Source: Chiloscyllium plagiosum
Lineage: Eukaryota
Length of the DNA: 64,000 nucleotides
Direction of reading: 5' to 3'
Assembly (NCBI RefSeq): GCF_004010195.1
Contig: NC_057752.1
Coordinates: forward strand, 13,485,426-13,549,425
Shown: in pieces, positions 1 through 13,435 of the stretch
How the letters are laid out: every line of letters begins with the position of its first letter
Position numbering within the stretch: the stretch's first letter is position 1
Notes under the pieces: model-generated
What the model saw: the letters and a program-made list of their open reading frames with translations, nothing else
Told to the model about the DNA's origin: nothing
Database searches by the model: none
Position numbers and translations under genes: made by a program

Positions 1-204
1 CCATTATCAATACCTGCTCCATTATCAAATCCCTGTTCCATTATCAATACCTGCTCCATTATCAATACCTGATCCATTATCAATACCTGATCCATTATCA
101 ATACCTGCTCCCATTATCCATACCAGCTCCATTATCAATGCCTACTCCCATTATCAATACCTGCTCCATTATCAATACCTGCTCCCATTATCAATACCAG
201 CTCC
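1..204. repeat. 18-19 bp minisatellite (ccattatcaatacctgct), about 11 copies, probably continuing left of the window
   Basis: Directly visible tandem units. Confidence 0.95.
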
Positions 205-344
205 ATAACTTGTGCCAATCTCCTGCATTTACCCACACACCATTACTACCGAAAAATCTTCTAACGTCCTCTTGAATGCCTCCACTGAAGGTAAAGCGGA
301 AAGCCATGGTGCAGCATGCATGAACACAGGGAAGAAAGAAATAG

Positions 345-545
345 GTAAAACTAGTCACCATAGTCTTACCAGACTCATTGGAGAGAGCTGATGGGTGGTA
401 GTTTAACCTGAGGGTCACCATGCCTCAGCTGAGGGGAGAGGTTGAGAAGGGCAGTCCTTCACATTAACCACAGCCGGTGATGGGAATTGAACCCACACTG
501 TTGGCATTGCAGGCTAGCTGTCCAGTCAACTGAGCTAACTGACCC
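345..545 (-). mobile_element. SINE-like interspersed repeat (ttaacctgagggtcaccatgcctcag family); other copies at ~30490-30680 (-) and ~34520-34760 (+)
   Basis: Three similar copies in the window; tRNA B-box-like gggaattgaaccc at one end. Confidence 0.6.
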
Positions 546-1169
546 TGGAAAGCATTAGAACATTATGCTGACAGGACAAAATGAAGTGGGATGCACAGGA
601 GGGAGCCTGTGTTGAACAGAAGCACGACATGGACCAGTTGGGCTAAATGACTTATTTCCATTCTGGAAATTCTATTGAAAGGAAAGTCCCACACTGGCTG
701 ACACATTTCTCAGTCTGTGACAGACCCTGCCTGATACTGCCCTCCTTCAATCTGTCCAATCTTGGATTCAAACAAGGATGACCAAAGGGAATGCATCCCC
801 ACAACATCCCTTTTGGAAAGCAAGTCCTGGAGGAAGTTTCAACCAAATTCCCCTTGAGCCACAAAGCTTTGGAGTCGCAAATGGAGAATGCGGGAAATCC
901 AAAATAAAAAGCTGGAAAGACTCAGCAGTCCTGTGGAGCGAGAAACAGAGCTATCGTGTCAGGTCATTGATGAAAGGTTGCCAACATGAAACATAAACTC
1001 TGCTGTTTTCTGACCTTTGGAGTTGGAACATGATTAAATAACCGGGAGCTGTGTTTGGATTTCATGGAGATATGGGCACCCACAACAGAAGGGAAAAGAT
1101 TGTCATCTCGGCTGAGTGTGTGTTACGCTTCCCAGAGGAAACTAACAGATTTCGCCAGCATTAACCAGT

Positions 1170-2640
1170 GTCATAGAGTCATACAGCGTGGAAACAGACC
1201 CTTCAGTCCAACCAGTCCGTAATCCCAAACTAAACTAGTCCCACCTGCCTGCTCCTAGCCCATATCCCTCCAAACCTTTCCTAGTCATGTCCTTATCCAA
1301 ATGTCTTTTGAACATTGTAACCGTACCCACATCCACCACTTCCTCAGGAAGTTCATTCCACACTTGCACCCTGCCTCTGTGTAAAAAAAATGCCTCGAGT
1401 CTTTTTTAAATCTCTCTACTCTCAGCTGAAAAATGTCCCCCCTAGTCTTGAAACCTAAGGGAAAAAAACTATCATTAACTCTAGCTTTACCCTTCATTAT
1501 TTTATAAACTTCTATCAGGTAGCCTCTCAACCTCCGACACTCCAGTGAAAATAGTCCCAGCCTATCCAGCCTCTCCTTGTAACTCAAACCCTCCAATCCT
1601 GGAAACATCCTGGTAAATTTCTTCTGAACCCTCTCCAGTTTAATAATATCCTTCCTGTAACAGGGCGACCAGAACTGCACACAGTTCTCCAGAAGAGGCC
1701 TCACTAATCTCCTGTATAACCTCAACACGTCCTATACTCAAAGGACTGAGTAAGGAAGGCAAGTGTACGAAACACCTTCTTAACACCCTGTCTATATGTG
1801 ACACAAACTTCAAAGAATTATGTACCTGAACCCTGAGGTCCCTCTGTTCCACAATACTACCCAGGGCCCTACCATTAATTGTATAAGCTCTACCCTTGTT
1901 TGTTGTAACAAAATGCAATACTTCACATTTTTCCGGATTGAACTCCATCTGCCACTTTTCAGCCCATTGACCCATCTTAGAAAACTGGCCACTGCACCAC
2001 CAATCTTGGTGTCATCGGCAAACTTACTGTCCATGCCTTCTGTATTGACATCCAAATCATTTATATAACTGACAAAGAACAGTGGACCCAGCACCGATCC
2101 CTGTGGAACACCGCTGGTCACAGGTCTCCAGTCTGAGAAACAACCCTCCACCACCAGCCTCTGTCTCCTTACATCAAGCCAATTTGGTATCCAATTGGCA
2201 AGCTCACCCTGAATCCCATGTGACCCTAACTTTACTAATTAGTCTGCCATGCGGAATCTCGTCGAAGGCTTGACTAAAATCTAAGTAAACAACCTCTATT
2301 GCTGTGCCATCATCAATCTTTTTGGTAACTTGTTCAAAAAACTCAAATTGAGTTTGTGAGACACGAATTTCCTCGCACAAAGACATGCTGACTATCCCGA
2401 ATCAATTTTTGCCTCTCTGAATGGCCATAAGTCCTACCTTTTAGAATCACCTCCAACTATTTACCCACAACCGAAATCAGACTCACAGATCTACAGTTTC
2501 CAGGTTTCTCCTTACAAGCTTTCTTGAACAATGGTACAACATTAGCCATTCTCCAGTCATCAGGCACCTCACCTGTAGTTATCGATGATGCAAATATGAT
2601 GCACAAGGGGTCTTGCTTACTCCCCACAAAGTTCTGGGAT
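1170..2640 (-). mobile_element. CR1 (HER1-like) LINE, 5'-truncated, decayed ORF2 RT
   Basis: Fragments [29 protein letters not shown] and LERVQKKFTRM, plus the HER1-type 3' tail (ctatgactct). Confidence 0.92.
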
Positions 2641-2799
2641 ACACAGAACATAGAACAGTGCAGCTCAGTACAGGCCCTTCAGCCCTTGATGTTATGCCGA
2701 CCTTTTATCCTACTCTAAGATCAAACTAGCCGACATATCCTTCATTTTACTGTCATTAGATCAGGTTCTGGAGATTTATCTACCTTTATCTTAAGACCC

Positions 2800-3186
2800 T
2801 TCCATCCCATGCTGACCAAGTTTCCAAAATTAAATGAGTTCCACTTGCCTTCACCAGTTTCTTCATTTCCCCTCCCCCCTGTTCCAACCTGCCAGCTCAG
2901 CACCATCCTGGTGACCTGTCCGACTTGCCAATCTTCCTTCCCACCTATCCTCTTCACCCTCCTCTCCAACCTATCACCTTCATCCCCACCTCCATCCACC
3001 AATTGTACTCTTGGCTACCTTCTCCCCAGTCCCCCCCATCCCGGAGACTCCCTGCCTCATTCGATGAAGGGCTTTTGCCTGAAACGTCGATTTTCCTGCT
3101 CCTCGGATGCTGCCTGACCTGCTGTGCTTTTCCAGCACCGCTCTAATCTAGACTCTGATCTCCAGCATCTGCAGTCCTCACTTTCG
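2800..3186 (+). mobile_element. Penelope-like element 3' end/pLTR (family A) with a degraded hammerhead motif
   Basis: Pyrimidine-rich tract followed by gatgaagggcttttgcctgaaacgtcg...gatgctgcctgacctgctgtgc, as in the copies at 14161, 19625 and 34081. Confidence 0.7.
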
Positions 3187-3399
3187 TCCCCTTGCGTGCA
3201 CTTGGCCCATGTCCTTCTAAACCTTCTCTATTCATGAACCTATCCGAATGTCACTTCAAGGTTGTAACCTGCACTTCCTCTGGCAATATTTAAACAAGCA
3301 CATTGAAATGGGGATTAAAACCATCAAAGTGGGAGACATGCCAAAAGCTAACGTCATGGAACAATAAAAGACGTAAGATGGAGGACAAATGTTCTTCAG

Positions 3400-3575
3400 C
3401 ATGGGCTGTGCCGATGGTCGCTAGCACTCCTCTCTCCTACTGAGTCAGGAGGTTGTGGTTCAATTCCCACTCCAGACACTAAAGTGCATAACGTAAACTG
3501 GCAATCCAGTAAAGTGCGACACTGTGTGGAATCTCATCCAAACAACATAAGCCTGACCTGACCTCTCAGACGCGC
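3400..3575 (+). mobile_element. Old SacSINE1/DeuSINE-like fragment (similar remnant at ~6210-6450, minus)
   Basis: gagtcaggaggttgtggttcaattcccactccaga head resembles the Deu-SINE consensus as I recall it. Confidence 0.45.
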
Positions 3576-4074
3576 GGCCTGCCAATGTTTGAAATGTTAC
3601 AATTCTTATCCTGGTGTTCTATCTCTTCATTGCCTCACTCCCCACTATCTCCAGCCCAGCACAATCACTGCTCTCCTCCAATTATGGCCCCTCATCCCAT
3701 CACTGACAGTCATGCCTTCGGCCATCAAAGCCGCAAGCTTCAGACTGCCCTCTTCCCCTCTTTAAAAACGGCAATTCTCTGGTTCAGTGTCAACATCTGT
3801 GGAATAACACTCTGGCGAGGCACCTTGGCATGTTTCACATCAGTGAAAGTGCTATGTAAACACCAGTTATTGTTGTAAAACAGACCGTTGAAAAAAAAGC
3901 AAGGGAGTTCTCCTTCCAAAACCAAAAATTCCCAAAGAACCACGGATGCTGGAAATCAAAAACAAAAACAGTAAGTGCCGGAGAAACTCAGCACCCCTGT
4001 GGAGAGAGAGAGAGAGAGCGCAAAAGAGAGAGAGAGAGTGACAGAGTTAATGTTTTGGGTCCAGTGACTCTTCA

Positions 4075-4870
4075 TAAAATCCATACAGTGTGGAAGCAGG
4101 CCACACCAACCCTCCGAAGAGCATCCCATCCAGAACCACTGCCTTACTGCTACTTTCCCATGGCCAATCCACCCTAACCTGCACATCCCTGGGCACTATG
4201 GGACAATTTAGCATGGCCAATCCACCCTAACCTGCACATCCCTGGGCACTATGGGACAATTTAGCATGGCCAATCCACCCTAACCTGCACATCCCTGGAT
4301 ACTATGGGACAATTTCGCATGGCCAATCCACCCTAACCTGCACATCCCTGGATACTATGGGACAATTTAGCATGGCCAATCCACCCTAACCTGCACATCC
4401 CTGGGCACTATGGGACAATTTAGCATGGCCAATCCACCCTAACCTGCACATGCCTGGACACTATGGGACAATTTAGCACGGCCAATCCACCCTAACCTGC
4501 ACATGCCTGGACACTATGGGACAATTTAGCATGGCCAATCCATCCTAAGCTACACATCCCTGGGCACTATGGGACAATTTAGCATGGCCAATCCATCCTA
4601 AGCTACACATCCCTGGACACTATGGGACAATTTAGCATGGCCAATCCATCCTAAGCTACACATCTCTGGACACTACAGGACAATGTAGCATGGCCAATCC
4701 ACCCTAACCTGCACATCTTTGGACTGTGGGAGGAAACCAGAGCACCCGGAGGAAACCCACGCAGACACGGGGAGAATGTGTAAACTCCACACAGATAGTG
4801 GCCCAAAAATCAAGCCCAGGTCCCTGGCGCTGTGAGGCAGCAGTGCTAACCACTGAGCCACTGTGCCGCC
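4075..4870 (-). mobile_element. HE1-like V-SINE with an internal 53-bp tandem array (~10 copies, 4159-4715)
   Basis: tRNA-like head (tggctcagtggttagcactgctgcctcacagcgcc), V-domain and CR1-derived tail; unit catggccaatccaccctaacctgcacatccctgggcactatgggacaatttag. Confidence 0.9.
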
Positions 4871-6469
4871 TTCTGTGTGTTTGTCCAGCTTCCCCTTAAA
4901 TGACTGCAAAATGCTTTGGGATGCAATGAGGTTACTTCTGAAATGTTTAATTCATTTGTGGGATGTGGGTGTGACTGGCTGGCCCAGCACCTATTACCCA
5001 TCCCTAGTTGAGAAGGTGGGGGTGAGCTATCATCTTGAACCGCTGCAGTCCATGTGCTGTAGGGTGACCCACAATGCCCTGAGGGAGGGAATTCCCGGAT
5101 TTTGATCCAGCGACACACTCAAGGAACGGCGATATATTTCCAAGTCAGGATTGTGGGTGGCTGGGATGGGAACTTGCAGATGGGTGGTGCTCCCAGTTCC
5201 CAAATTGTCTGAAGTTTAAAACATATTTGACAAAGTAGCATATGAAAAGGTGGTTGTGGCTGATAAAGCAGGGTCAGAGTTCAATTAGACAGTAAATTAG
5301 CCCAAGGGCAGCAAGTCAAAGTAAATGTTTTCCAGGCTGGAAAGTGAGAGACTGTGGGGTTTCCAAGGGTATGTGCTGGAACCACTACTTTTTGACAATA
5401 GACAATAGGTGCAGGAGTAGGCCATTCTGCCCTTCGAGCCAGCACCACCATTCAATATGATCATGGCTGATCATCCTTAATCAGTATCCTGTTCCTGCCT
5501 TACCTCCATAACCCTTGATTCCACTATCCTTAAGAGCTCTATCCATCTCTTTCTTAACATGTATATGTAGTTTTATCTTGGAAGAAATTAATATTTAAAA
5601 ATTGCTAACGATATCAAATTTGATGGTGTGGCAAACAAGGATTCCGACAGGCCAGTATTATAAACAGGCAAGTGGCAGATGGCGTTTAACACAGAGAAGT
5701 GTGAAGTGATGGAAATTGGCACAATGGATAAGGAGAGGGAATATTGAGTTTACTAGCCCAGTTTTAAAGAGGGAGCAGGGACAGAGGAAATGATCCATTT
5801 ACGTGGCTGCATAGCCAATTGGCAGGCAGGCGCATTAACATCCAGTTCCAAGGACTGCACACATTGGCAAGAAAGACGAGGGAGAACGCAAGAACAGAGG
5901 GACCTGGTGTGGGGGGGGTTTGGGGGCAATCATTGAAGGTGCCAGGAGATATCAGATTGAGCGGTCAGCGAAGCGCGTGGGATTTTGTGTGTCACCAAGA
6001 CAGGTGCGGAGTTTGGAAGTGGGAAAGTTCGGAAGAACATTGACTTCAGCGGCCTGGAACAAACTAGACCCGCGATGACTGATTTCAGAAGGAGAGTGGA
6101 TGGACATCTGAGTGAAACTAATCACGGGGATTGAATGGGGGAAATGGGATTGACTGGATATCCCAACAAAGTTAGCATGGACTGAATGGTTTCCTTGTGT
6201 GTCCTATTGACTCTAGGAAACATGGCACGTGGTGGATAGGAATCAGATCGTCTGTTTTAGTGACACTTGCTGAAGGAGAAATATTGACCAGCGCTAGCAA
6301 GAACTCCCCTCTCCTTCTTCCAACTGTTGCTATTGTGCGTTCACCTGAGGGGCAGAAAAGGAGTTCAATGTCTCATCCACCTGCTACTCCCTTAGTACTG
6401 CACTGCGAGTGTCAACAGAGACTTGAACCCCCAACGCTTAAGAGTCAAAAGTGCTTGTCCTTTCATTGG

Positions 6470-6965
6470 AGGAAGTGGTATTATCACTAGACAATTGATC
6501 CAAAGAACCAGGAAAGGTTCTGGGGGCCTATATTCAAGTCCTGCCATGGCAGATTCAATATAACAAAAATCTGGACTTGAGAGTCTACTGATAACAATGA
6601 AACAGTTATCAATGCTCAGGAAAAACCCATCTGGTTTCACTAACACCCTTTGGGGTGATGTTGAGGTGCTGGTGTCGAACTGGGGGTAGACATGTTGGAA
6701 GTCACTTCACCTGGCAAAGGAGTGTCACTTCGAAAGCTTGTGTTTTTCCAATAAACCTGTTGGACTATAACCTGGTGTCATGTGACTTCTGACTTTATCC
6801 TTCAGGGAAGGAAAGCTTCCCTCCTTACCTGGTCTGGGCCTACATGTGACTCCAAACCCACAGCCAATGGGGTTGACTCTTAACTGCCCTCTGGGTAATT
6901 AGAGATGGGGTAATAAAGGCTGGGCTTGGCCAGTGACACCCATACTCCTGTGAACGGGTTACAAA
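6470..6965 (+). mobile_element. tRNA-derived SINE (second family) interrupted by a Penelope-like pLTR fragment (family D, ~6655-6797)
   Basis: Colinear with the 43500-43870 copy except for an insert containing gaaagcttgtg...aataaacctgttggactataacctggtg. Confidence 0.65.
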
Positions 6966-7384
6966 AAAACAAGTCACAGTTGACCTAGATGATACTATTC
7001 ATGCCCTCTCTACCACTCTGCAGTTCAATTAGGTCATTGGTGATCTTCACCTTAAGCTCACTTACTTGCCTTTGGTCTCTAAGTCCTCACCTAACCAGGA
7101 AAGAGGATCAAGCTCCATCCTGACAGCTTCAATTCCTCAATCCACACCCTTACTGATTTCACCACTGGACAGTCTCGCTCTGATGTTGGGATTAATGGTC
7201 CCTTCTCCTGTCCACTCCCACCAGGGGTATTCATTGTTCTATATATTCCCAACACATCCCTTAAAACATCATACATGCATCAATCAGATCAGCCCAGAGC
7301 TTGCAAGCACAGCCAAAGTCAAGCCAATCGATGTGACTGGCTGGGGAGGTCTCACAATTGAACCCTTTAAGCCTTGCATTAGAA

Positions 7385-7787
7385 TTTTGGATTCCCTACA
7401 GTGTGGAAACAGGCCATTCAGCCCAAGTCCACACCGACCCTCTGAACAGTAAGCCACCCAGACCCTTTTCCCCTACCCTATCACTCTGCATTTCCCCCTG
7501 ACTAATGCACCTAACCTACACATCCCTGAGCACGATGGGACAATTTAGCATGGCCAATCCACCCTAACCTGCACATCCCTGGGCACTATGGGACAATTTA
7601 GCATGGCCAATTCACCTGACCTGCACATCTTTGGACTGTGGGAGGAAACCGGAGCACCCGGAGAAAACCCACGCAGACACGGGGAGAACGTGCAAACTCC
7701 ACACAGACAGTCGCCTGAGGCTAGAATCGAAGCCAGGTCCCTGGCACTGAGGCAGCAGTGCTAACCACTGAGCCACTGTGCTGCCCA
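7385..7787 (-). mobile_element. HE1-like V-SINE
   Basis: tRNA head, V-domain and about two internal 53-bp units. Confidence 0.9.
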
Positions 7788-8419
7788 GTTTGTGGGGGCT
7801 TTATAATGACTTTGGTCATTAAGTATATTCCGAAGTATAGTAAGTATCTCAGAATAAGGGCTTGCCCATTTAGGACAGAGGTGAGGAATTTTTCCTCTTA
7901 GACAGGAGCGAATGTATGGAATTCTTTACCACAGAGGGCTATCGAGGCTGGGTCATTAAGTCGATACGGGGCTGTGATAGACAGATCTCTCAGCAGGAAG
8001 GGAATCAAGGGAAAAAGCAGCAAAGTGGAGTTGATGATGATCAGAACGGCTGTGACCTCAGTGAGTGGCGGAGCAAACTCGATGGGCTGAATGGCCTCCT
8101 GCTGCTCCTGTGTCTTGCTGTATGTCTGGAGTCACATGTCGGTCAGACTAGGTAAGGATAGCAGATTCTCATCTTCACAGCACATTGTGAACCCTGATGT
8201 GTGTTTTTTCCCAAATGACAATCAGCAATAGGGCTTTATTCTAGACTTTTATTGAATTCAAATTGCACCGTGTGCCGTGCTCCTGGGTTCCCAGCCCAGT
8301 GACAGTACCACTATGCCACTGCCTCTGAGTATTCCTTTCCCACCATGTTGAAAATATTCAGCTTTATCCGGAATGATCTTGAACTGTCACAGTTTTGCTT
8401 GCTCACTTACTAAACCATG

Positions 8420-9350
8420 CAACACAGAAAGAGACCCTTCGGCCCAACCAGTCCGTGTCGACCATAATCCCAAACTAAACTAGTCCCACCTGCCTGCTCC
8501 TGGCCCATCTCCCTCCAACCCTTTCCTATTCATGTCCTGATCCAAATGCCTTTTAAACATTGTAACTGTACCCACGTCCACCACTTCCTCAGGAAGTTCA
8601 TTTCACACATGAACCACTCTCTGTGTAACAAAAAAATCCCCCTCATGTCCATTTTAAATCTTTTTCCTCTCACCTTAAAAAAATATGCCCCCTAGCCTTG
8701 CAATATCCCATCCTAGTGTAAAGACACCTGCCATTCACCTTATCCATGCCCCTCATGATTTTATAAACCTCTATAAGGTCATCCCTCAATCTCCTACGCT
8801 CCAGAGGAAAAAGTCCCAGCCTGTACAGCCTCTCCTTCTAACTCAGTCCCTCCATCCCAGCAACATCCTGGTAAATCTCTTCTGAACCCTCTCCAGCTTA
8901 ATAATCTCCTTCCTGTAACAGGACGACCAGAACTGGACACAGTTCTCCAGACGAGGCCTCACCAATGTCCTGTACAACCTCAACATGACGTCCCATACTC
9001 CTACACTCAAAGCAATGAAGGCAAGTGTGCTACACACTTTCTGAACAACCATGTCTACACTGGAAGCAAACTTTCAAACAATGATGATCCTGAACCCCTA
9101 GGTCTCTCTATTCGACAACACTTTCCAAGGCTCTATTTTTAATTGTTTAAGTCTTGCCTTTGTCAGTTTAACCAAAATGCAATATCTCGCATTTGTCCGA
9201 ATGAAATTCCATTTGCTGCTCTTCAGCTCACTTTGTGAATTGATCAAGATCCCAACGTAATCTTAGATAACCTTCCCCACTATCCACTGCACCACCAATT
9301 TTGGCGTCATCAGCAAACTTAGTCATGGTGCCTCCTGGATTCTCATTTGA
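8420..9350 (-). mobile_element. CR1 (HER1-like) LINE 3' fragment
   Basis: RLYRTLVRP.LE.CVQFWS...LERVQKRFTRM plus tail. Confidence 0.9.
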
Positions 9351-9434
9351 CGTTGATCGATCAACATCTCTTTCTCCTGCTGCCAACCATGCAGATTTAC
9401 TGTGTGAACTTTTTTTAAAAAACGGACTTTTTTA

Positions 9435-9738
9435 GATTCGATTAGATTACTTACAGTGTGGAAACAGGCCCTTCGGCCCAACAAGTCCACACCGACCCGC
9501 CGAAGCGCAACCCACCCAGACCCATTCCCCTACACTTGTCCCTTCACCTAACACTACGGGCAATTGAGCATGGCCAATTCACCTAACCTGCACATTTTTG
9601 GACTGTGGGAGGAAACCCACGCAGACACGGGGAGAATGTGCAAACTCCACACAGACAGTCGCCTGAGGCGGGAATTGAACCCGGGTCTCTGGCGCTGTGA
9701 GGCAGCAGTGCTAACCACTGTGCCACCGTGCCGCCCAC
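9435..9738 (-). mobile_element. HE1-like V-SINE, young-looking copy
   Basis: gggcggcacggtggcacagtggttagcactgctgcctcacagcgccagagacccgggttcaattccc head with A/B boxes and a (taatc)-type tail. Confidence 0.92.
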
Positions 9739-10169
9739 GACTTGTTGTGACACATCTCTGGGGCAGATGGGACTTGAGCCCAGGTCTCCTAAACCAAGAG
9801 GTAGGGACACTATCAAGAGCCCACCTGATATATAGGGTAAGCTGTTGAGCAACAGGCCATTAAATCAACTTAAATCAACTTAGCTAAGTTGGAGTCATCA
9901 AGGGAAGCAACCTCAGTGCTGGGGAAAGGAAGGTGTTTCTGCTGTTAGTATCAAGCTGTCCGAGGGCACATGTAGTTTACAGACTTCTGTAATGGGCTCC
10001 TTATGACTCGACTGAATAGCATGTCACACTGTGACCTTTCCACTTCTAACACCAGACATCTTTGCACCCTTTCTGAATGCGATTGGCGAAACTGATGGGC
10101 TTCTTTTTCCTGCTCACAGCCATGAGAAACTAGGCTTTTCAAAGAAAACATGTTCATAGCATGCAAGCA

Positions 10170-10870
10170 TTTTACCAGCATTTATTGCCCCGTCCCTAGT
10201 TGCCCCCTTGAGAAGGTGGGGGGTGAGCTGCCATCTTGAACCGCTGCAGTCCATCTGCTGTGGGTGACCCATAATGCCCTGAGGGAGGGAATTCCAGGAT
10301 TTAAACCCAGCGACACTGAAGGAACGGTGATACATTTCCAAGTCAGGATGGTGTATAACTCGTAGATGGTGGCATTCCCAAACTCTTGTTGCCTCTGTCT
10401 TTCTAGGTGATCGAGGTCATAGGTCTGGAAGGTGTTGTTGAAGGAGCTTTAGTGAATTGCTGCATTTGTGTTGGTGGTACACACTGCTGCTACTGAGCGT
10501 CGATGGTGGTGGAGCGAGTGGATGTTTGTAGATGTGGTGCCAATCAAGCGGCTGCTTTGTCCTGGATGGTGTCGAGCTTCTTGAGTGTTGTTGGAGCTGC
10601 CCCCATCCAGGGGCAAGTGGGGAGTATTCCATCACCCTCCTGACTGGTGCCTTGTAGATGGTGGGACAGGCTTCGGGGAGTCAGGCGGTGACTGACCTGC
10701 TGTAGGATTCCCAGCCTCTGGCCAGCTCTTTGTCGCCTGTGTGTTTGTATGGTTAGTCTAGTTCCGTTTCTGGTCATTGGTAAGGCGAAGAAGGACAACG
10801 ATGGGGCAGTTCAGTGACGGTAAAGCCACTGAATAACAAGGCCTTGTTGGGGCTAGTTACTGCCTTGCGT
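10170..10870 (-). mobile_element. Second LINE family (CR1/L2 group, non-HER1) 3' fragment; short tails also at ~4945-5200, ~26735-26900 and ~44290-44490
   Basis: AAPTTLKKLDTIQDKAA motif; same 3' tail as the 18100 and 31600 copies. Confidence 0.8.
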
Positions 10871-11599
10871 TTAACATTCACACCTGCAAAGCCAGCAAAT
10901 TCGAAACTCTGACTCGTCTTCAGAGAGAAGTTCTGAATGGAATTCTGAAAAAAGATTCATAATGGTCCCGAGACGGTCACTTTGTTTCTCTCTTCACAGA
11001 TGCTGCCAGACCTGCTGAGTTTCTCCAGTATTCTCTGTGTTTCTTCCAGATTTCCAGCATCTGCAGGATTTCGCTTCCTGTCAGATTGTGAAATCAGATT
11101 TCAGTGCTGGTGAAGCGGATGAGGGGAAAGAAGTCACTAGTGAGGAGTGGTTTTCAGGCCCTCTAACAGGAACAATAAGTGTATAAGAAATATTGGAAGC
11201 TTGTAATAAAAGGATAATCATGGATAATGGACCAATGGCCTGAACCAGAGACTCACGAGGCCAGATGGTGTGAGTCAGTACCTTTATAACCTCAAATATC
11301 TTGCCAATATCAGTGCATGATTGAGCATAAAGAGAAATCACTGAAATTGACCACCTTGAACTTGGCCAAAGGTATTAAACAAGATTTTATGAAAAGACAT
11401 TACAGGAGTAAGGTGACACCTTACACGCTAGTTCTGTAAGGCACATTTTCTCAAGCATGAACCTTTAACGTCCTCAGGGTTCCAGAACCACTGGTGAGGG
11501 ACATTGGACATCTTAAGGCCTGCCTCAGCCTTGACAGCAGACTAGAGAGTATAAACAAAAGAAAGGCCTAGCATGGAAGGTTTCTGCTCTTTGTACAAG

Positions 11600-13135
11600 A
11601 ACGAACTGTAAACAATGTATGGCTATAAAGCTTGATAATTTTCTGTACAGATCAGAGAGACGTGGGACTGACATTGGACAGGTGTGGGCCACAGACATGG
11701 GACAGAGCCAGGACAGAGTATCAGACAGAATTCAGCTGAGCTCGTCTTAGATGAAGACTGTTTGAATTAAACACAAAGTTGACCTGCATCCTGGAGTCCT
11801 CCTGTGATTTGCGTTGTGAGAATAACCGCAACACAGGAGCTTGCAAAACGCAGCTTTAATCCTTATTTGCAAACCCCACCATGGCCTAGACCCTCGTTAA
11901 CATGGGCCATCTTGGCCAGCCCCACAGTCCCCTCCTTTAATTCTGGCTTCTTCAGCACCCTGCGTTGAAATGGTCCCACCACTGGCAGCCATACCTTAGA
12001 CACAAAGCTCGAGAATTCCAAAGAAGCCCCTTTCTCTCTCTCTCTCCCCACCTTCCAACCCATTTCCCTTGACGAGGACACTCCCGCCACATCCTTCCAC
12101 GGCTTGGTGCTGAATCGTATTCCAATAGTGCTCCCGCCAGGCTCTTCGGGAGGCCCACACAAGTGCTGCATGAATGCAGGCCAGTGCTGTTTAACAGGCC
12201 CAACGTGGAAGCAAAACGGTGAACTCAGCAGAGCCTGCCGGCTCTGTAGCGAGCTCACATTTCACGCCCACTATCTCCAAACTACCCCATGTGGAGTAGC
12301 TGGGGGAAGGCATTAAATGTTGCAAAGGAGAAGCGAAAGGGCAAAGGAAAAGATTGCAATCGCTTCTACGACCGGAGGCGAAGGGCGATCTTGATTATAT
12401 ATCGTGGCAAATCACGATACTTAGTAAATTGACCAGCAGGAGGACGGTGTGTAAACTGGGGACATGACAAGCCCACGTCGCTGGGCCAGGTGGGTGACCA
12501 TTTGTTTCCAAAGTCAAAAATGCCAGTTGTACCCTGGCCTCAATGAGTGGCAATTTCAGGCTTTCGATTTAAAGTGCAAAGGGGCCCCCTTGTACACCCC
12601 GCCAGCTGACTCATATATTTTCAAAGTGAGACATGCTCCCAAGACACTCCTCCTTTATATCGGCCAACTGGTGCTCACCCAACACAGTCCTGTCTTGAGA
12701 GGAACTAATCTTGCATTGGCGGTGGTGGTGGTGGGAGGGGGGGGCAAAGAACGTCATGCCTTTCAAAGGAAGCAGCCAAGCCTTGAGCCAATCTGTCTCC
12801 GGGCCAGATTCATCTGAGGGAAGCAACAATTTGACTTTTCGACTCAACGCTTTTGTCAGTTATGACAGGATTTTGAACCCTGGATGACAGGGGCAACTGG
12901 CACTAATCAGCGACACACTAAGTCAGTTGAAACGGCAGCGAGGTCATCGATCAACTGCAGCTGCACCAACATTATTTGAGTCGGTCGTCTGGTTAAATTT
13001 GGAAATAGGGAGGCAGATGTGTACTGCAGCTGTATCCAGGTACAGGTACCATCTTGTTTGAAGTGACAGAGTGATTGCAGAACATTTCTGAGGCAATTCT
13101 CAGTCTTGAAATTCAGCGAGGTCCTTGACAAGCAA
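11600..13135 (-). mobile_element. Highly decayed retroviral/Gypsy-like pol fossil (RT, RNase H, integrase Zn finger)
   Basis: Ordered remnants across frames: GTCTWIQLQ..SLF and LIDDLAAVSTD (RT YxDD-like), RSVLG-SMSHF (thumb), ALLEYD..GR-KDVA (RNase H end), MAHVNEGLGHGGVCK (integrase HH). Confidence 0.5.
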
Positions 13136-13435
13136 ACACTTTAACAATTCAGCCATTTAAGAGAGAATACTCAGTTGCCTGTTGTGGACTTGCAATTGTC
13201 TTTGAGCAGCCATCATGGATAAATTATTTTGCATTCCAAACTCCCAGCTAATCTGAGAGTTCTCCACGAGGTGATGGAATGAGTTCCTACAGTTATGGAA
13301 AATTCAGGCCCTAATCCTACACATCCATGTGTTTTGTCCAATTTGTAATGAGGACCCAGCTCTCTCTGCTTTGAGCATGACATTAAAGAGTTGTTTTGAT
13401 GTTTTTTTTCCTCTTCCCCCTTACCATCAGTCCAT

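Noticed and set aside
4159..4715. CRISPR-like regular repeats (also 1-204, 51974-54471 and 60885-61168)
   Set aside because: Head-to-tail units with no unique spacers, no cas genes, and a vertebrate context.
9660..9738. tRNA genes at SINE heads
   Set aside because: The A/B boxes belong to HE1-type SINE heads that continue into V-domain and LINE tail; there is no standalone tRNA.
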